Shown one piece after another: positions 16,057 to 22,948 of a DNA stretch of 64,000 nucleotides. The DNA lies in IMG/VR virus record IMGVR_UViG_3300008116_000002; one strand, 5' to 3'. This DNA comes from a virus (taxonomy: Duplodnaviria; Caudoviricetes). Each line of letters starts with the position of its first letter. Position 1 is the stretch's first letter. The notes below the pieces were generated by a model that saw nothing but the letters and a program-made list of their open reading frames with translations, had not been told where the DNA came from and searched no databases. The position numbers and the translations under genes are program-made.

Positions 16057-16405
16057 GGTGAAGAAGCAAGGTTGGGATTTCGTCAGATAATGACGGTGCG
16101 CTGAAAAAACCCAGTAATGCGAAGCCGAAAGGCATCCTTGCGGTAAGCAGAAAGTTGGCGTGGCGACCAATCATCATAAAGTTCCGGTTACTACTTTCCT
16201 GAAAGTAGCGTATGGTAAACGAGAAAGTCCCGGTGGCTATGGCACCGTTAGCGAGACATAGACTCTGTATTTCGATGCGGTGTCTCCGGTGTCTCAGACA
16301 ACATAGCAACGTGGACACTACGCAGCAAACCGCTATTAGTGTTTGGACAGGGCAACAACTCCAGCATAGGGGCGATCTGTGGAAAGACGTGGCCTAAGCA
16401 AGAAT
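16057..16405 (+). ncRNA. Putative large structured ncRNA B (about 350 nt)
   Basis: Many stems in an AT-rich genome: GCAAGG/CCTTGC, CGTCA/TGACG, GCC-GAAA-GGC, CTACTTT/AAAGTAG, CGGTG/CACCG, GAGACA/TGTCTC with an inner UUCG hairpin; no credible ORF; flanked by tRNAs. Confidence 0.6.
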
Positions 16406-16410
16406 ACGAT

Positions 16411-16486
16411 GGTGTCTATAGTGTAGTGGTCTGCACGCCAGATTGTGGGCCTGGCAGTATGAGTTCAATCCTCATTAGACACCCCA
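16411..16486 (+). tRNA. tRNA-His(GUG)
   Basis: G-1 and C73, loop TTGTGGG, CCA. Confidence 0.9.
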
Positions 16487-16540
16487 AAGTTAATCGCGTG
16501 TGAGGCGTGGGGCTTCGGCCCCTAACCTATTTGTACTTGT

Positions 16541-16630
16541 GGAAGTGTGGCAGAGTCCGGTTTATTGCAACAGTCTTGAAAACTGTCGAACAGAAATGTT
16601 CCGTGAGTTCGAATCTCACCGCTTCCGCCA
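16541..16630 (+). tRNA. tRNA-Ser(UGA)
   Basis: Long variable arm, loop CTTGAAA, G73, CCA. Confidence 0.95.
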
Positions 16631-16643
16631 CTAAGGAGTAATT

Positions 16644-16793
16644 ATGCCAATGTATGAAACAACAGTAAGAACGCCACAGGGTGAAGTAAAAGATAGAGTG
16701 TTTGCAAAAGATTTACAAGAAGCAAGAATGCTTTTTGAACAAAGACACGGACCTAGAAACGTACCATATATACCTAAAGTAATTCCAAGTTAG
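16644..16793 (+). CDS. Small hypothetical protein (49 aa; missed by the ORF track)
   Basis: SD TAAGGAG; MPMYETTVRTPQGEVKDRVFAKDLQEARMLFEQRHGPRNVPYIPKVIPS*. Confidence 0.7.
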   Translation: MPMYETTVRTPQGEVKDRVFAKDLQEARMLFEQRHGPRNVPYIPKVIPS

Positions 16794-16805
16794 AAGGAGA
16801 AACAA

Positions 16806-17369
16806 ATGCCTGCAATTTTTTTAGTTAGTGATACTCATTTCGGCCATGCAGGCGTTTGTAAATTTCTACGTGACGATGGCACTAAATTACGTCCATGGGA
16901 TAACCCCGAGGACATGGATGAAGAAATGGTCAAGCGGTGGAATGAAACTGTTAGACCAAAAGATAAAGTTTATCATTTAGGAGATGTAGTTATTAATCGA
17001 AAGGCTTTAAAAACGCTTAGTAGATTAAACGGTGAAAAGGTCTTAATCAAAGGTAATCACGACATCTTTAAACTTGAAGAATACACTGAGTATTTTAAAG
17101 ATGTTCGAGGTTATCATGTACTGAATGGAATGATTCTAAGCCACATTCCTATTCATGAAGAAAGCCTTGCGAGGTTCGGGACTAATATTCATGGACATCT
17201 ACATTACAATCGTGTAAAGAAAAATGAAGTCATTGATCCTCGTTATCACTGCGTATGTGTAGAGCATACCGACTACCGCCCAATTCTTTTTGAGGATGTC
17301 ATTAAAAAGATTCAAGAAGAGGGTGGGCATATTGGATTTAAAAATGGCAATGGACCTATTATAGATTGA
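16806..17369 (+). CDS. Calcineurin-like metallophosphoesterase
   Basis: SDTHFGH, HLGDV, KGNHD, SHIP, IHGHLH motifs. Confidence 0.93.
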   Translation: MPAIFLVSDTHFGHAGVCKFLRDDGTKLRPWDNPEDMDEEMVKRWNETVRPKDKVYHLGDVVINRKALKTLSRLNGEKVLIKGNHDIFKLEEYTEYFKDVRGYHVLNGMILSHIPIHEESLARFGTNIHGHLHYNRVKKNEVIDPRYHCVCVEHTDYRPILFEDVIKKIQEEGGHIGFKNGNGPIID

Positions 17370-17379
17370 GGAGTTTGAA

Positions 17380-17586
17380 TTGAATACTAAGTTGAAAGCA
17401 ATTAAACAGACAGCTATGATGGTAGTTATCATATGTCTTATTCCTATGATTCTAACGTTTTTGTTTACTTCCGAGATAGCATCTTATATTTTTATCATAG
17501 GTATGGTAGCATTTTTTATATACATTATGTATTCTGTAAATCTAGCATTTATAGAATTTGAGGAAAAGTTTAAAAATAAGGAGTAA
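17380..17586 (+). CDS. Small two-TM membrane protein
   Basis: TTG start after GAGGAG; two hydrophobic helices. Confidence 0.55.
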   Translation: MNTKLKAIKQTAMMVVIICLIPMILTFLFTSEIASYIFIIGMVAFFIYIMYSVNLAFIEFEEKFKNKE

Positions 17587-17592
17587 GTATTT

Positions 17593-17687
17593 GGAGCGTT
17601 GGCCGAGTTGGTCGAAGGCACTTTCCTGCTAAGAAAGCATCTGGGCAAAAACCTGGATCATTGGTTCGAATCCAATACGCTCCGCCA
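17593..17687 (+). tRNA. tRNA-Ser(GCU)
   Basis: Long variable arm, loop CTGCTAA, CCA. Confidence 0.94.
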
Positions 17688-17692
17688 GCAAT

Positions 17693-17724
17693 GCCCCCGT
17701 AGTTTAATGGTAAAACAGCGGATT
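17693..17724 (+). pseudogene. Orphan 5' half of a tRNA, broken in the anticodon loop
   Basis: GCCCCCG-TA-GTTTAATGGTAAAAC-A-GCGGA-TT gives the 5' acceptor strand, D arm and 5' anticodon strand; no matching 3' half found; a late promoter follows directly. Confidence 0.75.
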
Positions 17725-17725
17725 G

Positions 17726-17733
17726 TATAAATA
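17726..17733 (+). promoter_or_regulatory. T4-type late promoter of the endonuclease gene
   Basis: Exact TATAAATA, then SD AAAGGAG. Confidence 0.8.
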
Positions 17734-17752
17734 ATAGTAAAGGAGAAATCTT

Positions 17753-18403
17753 ATGCTATTATGCAAATTTTGCCAAAAAGAATGTAAGAATGAAAACTCA
17801 TTGAGGAATCACAAGAGACTTTGTAAAGAAAATCCAAATAAACAACCACACCCTAAAGGTAATAGCGGAAAAGTTGGTTGGAATAAAGGGCTAACTGCAG
17901 AAACTGATGATAGAGTTTTTGCTAATAGAGAAGCTTTACGAAAACAAAGAAAAGAAAATGGTTCTAATTGGATAGGAAGAAAGCATTCAGATGAAACTAA
18001 AGAATTATTATCAATAAGAGCGTCTGAACGTTTATGTAAAAATTCAAAATACTCTATAAATTTTGAATATAAACCTGGAATCATATTAGAATCTTCATAT
18101 GAAGTTGAAACTGCTAAAATTTTAGATGAATTGAATATAGAATGGATTAAAGTTAGGACTGGTTATAAATGGGATGACAATGGAAAGATAAGAAGATATG
18201 TCCCTGATTTTTTCCTTCCGAAATATAACATATTTCTAGATCCAAAAAATGATTATTTGATTAAAAAAGACAAAATAAAAATAGATTCTGCAATGAAACT
18301 TAATTCAATAACTATTATTGTGTTATCAAAAGATGATTTGAATGTAGAATCTATAAAAAGTAAATTGCCTACCGTAGCTCAAGGAGAGCAGGGTGCCTTA
18401 TAA
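17753..18403 (+). mobile_element. Free-standing homing-type endonuclease (Zn finger + NUMOD3-like + PD-(D/E)XK-like domain)
   Basis: CKFC...H...C, GWNKGLT, GRKHSDETKELLS, SSYE...YVPDFFLPKYNIFLDPK; very AT-rich. Confidence 0.75.
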
Positions 18404-18457
18404 GCACTTCGACCAGATAAGTCCCAGGTTGTGGTTCGATTCCGCACGGTAGGACCA
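18368..18457 (+). tRNA. tRNA-Ile(UAU) with long variable arm
   Basis: Acceptor CCTACCG/CGGTAGG, A73, loop CTTATAA, T arm GGTTCGATTCC, CCA. Confidence 0.8.
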
Positions 18458-18459
18458 GA

Positions 18460-18534
18460 GGTAATGTAGCATAACGGTAGTGCACCGCCTTCATACGGCG
18501 CAAGGTATAGGTTCAAATCCTATCATTACCACCA
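18460..18534 (+). tRNA. tRNA-Met(CAU), probably elongator
   Basis: Paired G1:C72, loop TTCATAC, CCA. Confidence 0.85.
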
Positions 18535-18544
18535 TAGTTTCAGA

Positions 18545-18620
18545 CGCGGATTAGGGAAGAGGTCATCCCGCTAGGCTCATAACCTGGAGATCGCTGGTTC
18601 GAATCCGGCATCCGCAACCA
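18545..18620 (+). tRNA. Initiator tRNA-fMet(CAU)
   Basis: C1:A72 mismatch, CGCGG start, loop CTCATAA, CCA. Confidence 0.9.
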
Positions 18621-18628
18621 GTTTATAA

Positions 18629-19216
18629 ATGAATATGAAAATTTATGATAATGTTTTACCGAATCAAACTTTTTCTAATTTAAAAAATAGAATTTTTGAT
18701 TCCAATTTCCCTTGGTTTTTTAGTAGAACTTCTGTAGAAAATCCTATAGAGGATAATATTTTAACCTATAGTTTTTCTCATGCGGTTATGAATCACGGTG
18801 TGCCAAATTCTATAATATTTGACACAATTAATAGTTGCATCTTAACCATGTTAGATAATTGTAATATAAAACTAAATATGTTATTAAGTATTAGACTTGG
18901 ATTACTACAACCAGTGTCTAGAGAAAATCATAGTAATGATCCGCACGTGGATAGTCAAGAAAAACACAAGGTGGGTTTATTCTATTTAAATACTACAGAT
19001 GGCGCAACAACAGTATATAATGAAAAGTACGATCCTTCTACAAAGATGGATCCAACAGAATATTATAGATCGGTTCTAAATAGAAATCTTTCTATTCAGT
19101 CCAAAGTAGAATGCACTGAAAATAGATTAGTTATTTTTGATGGTATGTATTATCATTCAAGTACTACTCCTACCGATGTACCTAGGAGAGTAGCATTAAA
19201 TTTTAATTTTGTATGA
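18629..19216 (+). CDS. 2OG-Fe(II) oxygenase-like protein
   Basis: PHVD (HxD), LFYLNTTDGAT, ENRLVIFDG, HSS...RVALNFN double-stranded beta-helix pattern. Confidence 0.75.
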   Translation: MNMKIYDNVLPNQTFSNLKNRIFDSNFPWFFSRTSVENPIEDNILTYSFSHAVMNHGVPNSIIFDTINSCILTMLDNCNIKLNMLLSIRLGLLQPVSRENHSNDPHVDSQEKHKVGLFYLNTTDGATTVYNEKYDPSTKMDPTEYYRSVLNRNLSIQSKVECTENRLVIFDGMYYHSSTTPTDVPRRVALNFNFV

Positions 19217-19218
19217 TA

Positions 19219-19296
19219 CCGCCATTAGCTCAATTGGAATAGAGCGCAACGCTACGGACGTTGAGGTTAGGGGTTCGAGTCCTTTATGGCGGGCCA
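19219..19296 (+). tRNA. tRNA-Arg(ACG)
   Basis: Cloverleaf, loop CTACGGA, CCA. Confidence 0.94.
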
Positions 19297-19874
19297 GTTT
19301 CTGAAGGTGGAATTGCTATTAATTCTTCAATACCAAAGTAATAGTCTTTAAGAATTTCTGACATTAGATCGCATATTTTTATATTTTTTTCAAAACCAGC
19401 AAGATCATTTTTTCTACCTTCTATTTGCTTTTCAACAAGTTCAAGTATTAAATTTTTTCTTTTGGTTTTAGAATTTACTCGACGTAGTACTTGTTTTAAA
19501 TGTTCGAGATGAACATTACATACATTAATATTGTGGTGCATATCTGTTCGTATTTTTATAACCTCATCCTGCATTAGGACAATTAGATCATCTGTTTCTG
19601 GGTTTAAGTTAGGAACAAGTCTTGACACCATCTGAGAAATATGTTCTAATGCAGCATTGCGAAGAGTTAGATCTTCTGAGGACTCACCTAACAGATCAAA
19701 TTCTTTTCTTCGAATAGGATCGATTAGAATTTCATATGCAAGTTTAATACGAACGAATATTTGTTCATCCCCACCCTTGTCGGGATGATGCACTTGAGCC
19801 AATGAACGAAATTTTATTTTAATTTCTTCATCTGTTGCATCAATCGGAATATCTAATTCGATGTAAGGATTCAT
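19284..19874 (-). CDS. J-domain (DnaJ-like) protein
   Basis: NPYIELDI...FRSLAQVHHPDKGGD...AYEILIDPIRRKEFD. Confidence 0.9.
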   Translation of the reverse strand: MNPYIELDIPIDATDEEIKIKFRSLAQVHHPDKGGDEQIFVRIKLAYEILIDPIRRKEFDLLGESSEDLTLRNAALEHISQMVSRLVPNLNPETDDLIVLMQDEVIKIRTDMHHNINVCNVHLEHLKQVLRRVNSKTKRKNLILELVEKQIEGRKNDLAGFEKNIKICDLMSEILKDYYFGIEELIAIPPSETGPP

Positions 19875-19912
19875 GGCTATAAATTATTTTATAGTATTTA
19901 TTAGGAGATAGT

Positions 19913-20095
19913 ATGTCAGGAAAAGGATCTAAACCAAGACCATTTGCAATAACCAGGGAACACTTTGTAGAAAACTGGGATATGATTTTTAACAAAGAAA
20001 ACAATACTGGTACAGATAAAAATGAGTATCAAGACATTCTTTCAACCGAGGAAGCAGTATTATCAGCTTTCGAAAACTTAAAGGAAGTAAAATGA
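19913..20095 (+). CDS. Small hypothetical protein
   Basis: SD TAGGAG; MSGKGSKPRP...; ATGA-coupled to the next gene. Confidence 0.75.
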   Translation: MSGKGSKPRPFAITREHFVENWDMIFNKENNTGTDKNEYQDILSTEEAVLSAFENLKEVK

Positions 20096-20991
20096 ATCTC
20101 GCTGGTGTTAACGGCAGCATAGCGGTCTCCAAAACCGAAGGACGGGGTTCGAATCCCTGGCGGGGTGCCAAATATATTGCTCTACTACTTGCATTCGTAA
20201 CTTGCTTTGCGTCTGCGCATGAGCCTAAAAAGAAAAAGAAAAAGAAAGTAGTTACTGCGGAAACTGCAAGCTATGTGGTGTACAACAATACAAAAGATGC
20301 TTACGAGTATATTAGAGAAAAAGAAAAGGTTCGCCCAATAGCAAGTGTCACTAAGCTAATGACGGCAATGGTTGCTCTAAATTATGATTTGAATTTAAAT
20401 CGAGAACTTAAAATTCAATCTAAGGTAGGTGGGACTTTACCGAGAAACAAAAGTTATACTAGGCAAGAATTGTTTGGAGCAATGCTTGTTCGAAGTGATA
20501 ACTCCGCGGCAGAAACTTTGGCTAGTGATTTTCCTGGAGGTAGAGAAGCCTTTATTCGTGAGATGAATAAATTTGCAAACTATATCGGTATGCGAGATAC
20601 AAACTTCGATGATCCAACAGGACTGAGCGCTGCAAATACTTCGACAGCCACAGATGTTGCGGCGATGGTTGCACATGCAGCACAATATACTTTGATTCGA
20701 GAAACTAGTACAAAGAAGCAGGTTGAAATTGATACTCAATATAAGAGAAAAATTAGAAAACTTGTTTTAAACAATACAAACAAACCTGTTCTTTTTAACT
20801 TTGATGATATTGTCGTTAGTAAAACAGGCTTTACCTCCAGAGCAGGATATTGTTTGGCTTTGGCAGTTGAACGAAACAATCAAAGATATTCTGTAGTTAT
20901 TTTGGGTTCTAGAAATAAGCAAGCTAGAATTCATAAAGCCGAGGACATTTTGTATAATCATATTGCATACAAAGATATTGACACTAATTAA
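20092..20991 (+). CDS. D-Ala-D-Ala carboxy/endopeptidase (peptidase S11, PbpG/DacA-like), with tRNA-Trp nested in frame
   Basis: SxxK (SVTK), SxN (SDN), KTG motifs; signal peptide KYIALLLAFVTCFASA. Confidence 0.9.
   Translation: MNLAGVNGSIAVSKTEGRGSNPWRGAKYIALLLAFVTCFASAHEPKKKKKKKVVTAETASYVVYNNTKDAYEYIREKEKVRPIASVTKLMTAMVALNYDLNLNRELKIQSKVGGTLPRNKSYTRQELFGAMLVRSDNSAAETLASDFPGGREAFIREMNKFANYIGMRDTNFDDPTGLSAANTSTATDVAAMVAHAAQYTLIRETSTKKQVEIDTQYKRKIRKLVLNNTNKPVLFNFDDIVVSKTGFTSRAGYCLALAVERNNQRYSVVILGSRNKQARIHKAEDILYNHIAYKDIDTN
20096..20170 (+). tRNA. tRNA-Trp(CCA)
   Basis: Acceptor ATCTCGC/GCGGGGT, loop CTCCAAA, T arm GGTTCGAATCC, G73, CCA. Confidence 0.88.
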
Positions 20992-21006
20992 GAAAGAATA
21001 TATAAT
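20978..21006 (+). promoter_or_regulatory. Sigma70-type promoter
   Basis: TTGACA-17 bp-TATAAT. Confidence 0.8.
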
Positions 21007-21029
21007 TAGACTAGTTCAAAGGGGAAGTT

Positions 21030-21503
21030 ATGAGAAAAAAGTTGGACATTCAAGAAATCAAAAGTTTCATTGAATCGCAAAGCCCGGAAACTAAAATTTA
21101 TCTTGGAGCGGACTCTGAACGATATAAACATAATGGTAAATGGTATGCGGATTATACTATTGCAGTTGTAGTTCATATTGATGGTCGCCATGGGTGTAAA
21201 ATTTTTGGTGAGGTTCAAACTGAACTAGATTATGATGCAAAAAACAGCAAACCATCTATGCGTTTGATGAATGAGGTCTACAAGGTTGCAGAATTGTATC
21301 AAAAGATTGTGGATGTCGTCGAGGACAGACACGTAGAAATACATTTGGATATTAACCCAGATGAAAAACATAACAGTAGTATTGTGATTCAGCAAGCAGT
21401 TGGTTATATCAAAGGTATGTGTAATGTGGTACCTATGGTTAAACCAAAAGCATTTGCCGCAAGTTATGCAGCAGATAGACTTAAAGAATTGCTTGCAGCA
21501 TGA
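21030..21503 (+). CDS. RNase H-like YkuK-family protein
   Basis: IYLGADS, RLMNEV, EIHLDIN, VKPKAFAASYAADR. Confidence 0.8.
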   Translation: MRKKLDIQEIKSFIESQSPETKIYLGADSERYKHNGKWYADYTIAVVVHIDGRHGCKIFGEVQTELDYDAKNSKPSMRLMNEVYKVAELYQKIVDVVEDRHVEIHLDINPDEKHNSSIVIQQAVGYIKGMCNVVPMVKPKAFAASYAADRLKELLAA

Positions 21504-21508
21504 AATTC

Positions 21509-21582
21509 GCCCTCTTAGTTAAATGGTATAACAGTTGATTTGTAATCATCTATTGGCAGTTCGATTCTGTCAGAGGGCACCA
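21509..21582 (+). tRNA. tRNA-Thr(UGU)
   Basis: Cloverleaf, loop TTTGTAA, CCA. Confidence 0.94.
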
Positions 21583-21598
21583 TTTTAGAAAGGTCGGT

Positions 21599-21799
21599 AT
21601 GTTAGGATTGGAACAGGCAGGTGTATTTTTAGGAGCAACAATTCTTATTGGCTTTGGTATAGCATTTATTGGAATGGTTGTGATTTTTCTTAATAACATG
21701 ATTCATAGATTTTGGAAGCCGTTAAACTGGTTCGGAAAGTATTTTAACTTTAACGAGCCAACCAACCCTGAGCCTCCAAAAACTAAACCTTCATTATAA
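21599..21799 (+). CDS. Small membrane protein
   Basis: Single long hydrophobic helix; SD AAGG. Confidence 0.6.
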   Translation: MLGLEQAGVFLGATILIGFGIAFIGMVVIFLNNMIHRFWKPLNWFGKYFNFNEPTNPEPPKTKPSL

Positions 21800-21808
21800 G
21801 GAGTTTGT

Positions 21809-21961
21809 ATGCAAAAGGAATTACTAAAAGAAAATGGACCTAAGTGTGGTTGTGGTCGTAGCCCAAGTGGGTATTGCATTGGTTGGCATGGACTTTCTGA
21901 ATCGGAATATAAAGAGCGTTTGGAACAATACAAGCAAGATCTAGGCGAGAACGACAAATAA
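21809..21961 (+). CDS. Small Cys/His protein resembling a CDGSH iron-sulfur motif (50 aa; missed by the ORF track)
   Basis: SD TAAGGAG; KCGCGRSPSGYCIGWHG. Confidence 0.7.
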   Translation: MQKELLKENGPKCGCGRSPSGYCIGWHGLSESEYKERLEQYKQDLGENDK

Positions 21962-21971
21962 ATAGTTACAT

Positions 21972-22045
21972 GCGGGATTAGTTTAATGGTAAAACGAAAG
22001 CCTTCCAAGCTCTAATCATCGGTTCGATTCCGATATCCCGCTCCA
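21972..22045 (+). tRNA. tRNA-Gly(UCC)
   Basis: GCGGGAT acceptor, loop CTTCCAA, U73, CCA. Confidence 0.95.
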
Positions 22046-22049
22046 TAAT

Positions 22050-22337
22050 ATGCGTATTCAAAAAGATGAGACTTACGAGCAATGGTCAGAAAAGGTTCGT
22101 CTTTTTGAATATGGAGTTGCACTGCAAAGAATTGCTAAAGGCGACGATATAGATATTGTTTTGGAGTCTATGTCGAAAAAAATTAATCAAAAACTTTTGC
22201 ATCCTTTGATCGAAAGCATCAAACAATCATGTCAAATAGATTATGATCCTTTGATCGCAAGAAAAAATTACGAAGAAAATTACTTAGGAAAAGCAAATCC
22301 TGTAGCAGATCATATGAATGATGTAGACTTCTATTAA
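22050..22337 (+). CDS. Protein resembling the isolated dimerisation domain of glutamyl-tRNA reductase
   Basis: ALQRIAKGDDIDIVLESMSKKINQKLLHP resembles the HemA C-terminal A-L...G-E-D...L...NK-L-H-P pattern. Confidence 0.6.
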   Translation: MRIQKDETYEQWSEKVRLFEYGVALQRIAKGDDIDIVLESMSKKINQKLLHPLIESIKQSCQIDYDPLIARKNYEENYLGKANPVADHMNDVDFY

Positions 22338-22367
22338 TCACAAAGACCCCCTTAAACTTTGTGTCTA

Positions 22368-22375
22368 TATAAATA
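22368..22375 (+). promoter_or_regulatory. T4-type late promoter
   Basis: Exact TATAAATA, then SD AAAGGAGG. Confidence 0.8.
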
Positions 22376-22392
22376 GATATAAAGGAGGGTCT

Positions 22393-22821
22393 ATGATAGA
22401 TATTAATGAATTCATTAAAACTAGTAAACAAGAACGGCAATCTCATTTATTATTATCTGAAAAATGTATTGAACGTGGGGGAAATTCGACCAATCACAAG
22501 GGGGTATTAGCTCAGTATTTGAATACCTCTATCCCTTCGGGTAGAATACTTTTATGCCATGCGTGCAACAATGAAAAATGTAGTAATCCAAAACATTTAT
22601 ATTGGGGTACAGACAAAGAAAATATTACTGAAGATAATAAAAAATGGAAATCTGTTTGGGAAAGAACCATTGAAAAATATGGATATGAGGAAGCCTGCAG
22701 GATAAATTCTCGTAAGCAAATTGGAAACAAAAATGGTTCGGGCAATAAAGGTAAATCTAAAACTGAAGAACATAAAAAAAAGATAGCAAAGTCTATTAAA
22801 AGCAATTATAATAAGATGTGA
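22393..22821 (+). mobile_element. Homing-type HNH/His-Cys endonuclease with NUMOD3-like tail
   Basis: LCHACNNEKCSNPKHLYWGTDKEN; KGKSKTEEHKKKIAKS; own late promoter. Confidence 0.75.
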
Positions 22822-22831
22822 TGTATTTAAT

Positions 22832-22917
22832 GCGAGTGTGGTGGAACGGTATACACTTTGGACTTAAAATCCAACGCCCGTAAGGGATTGAGGGTTCAAA
22901 TCCCTCCACTCGTACCA
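22832..22917 (+). tRNA. tRNA-Leu(UAA)
   Basis: Variable arm, loop CTTAAAA, CCA. Confidence 0.95.
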
Positions 22918-22948
22918 GTGTTTTATATTTTTATTTTAAGGAGATTGA

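Noticed and set aside
14528-16397. ORF-track calls across the tRNA array (14528..14731, 14797..15198, 15225..15449, 15386..15580, 15911..16318, 15934..16170, 16212..16397)
   Set aside because: They are translations of tRNA/ncRNA sequence or its antisense, without SD sites; unlike the 15789 and 20092 ORFs they lack promoter, SD or coupling support.
16057-16405. tmRNA, RNase P RNA or group I intron identity for ncRNA B
   Set aside because: No GGGG..GATTCGAC / TCGA..CCACCA tRNA-like ends; only a partial GAGAAAGTCC resemblance to RNase P P4 without the 3' partner; no flanking exon is interrupted.
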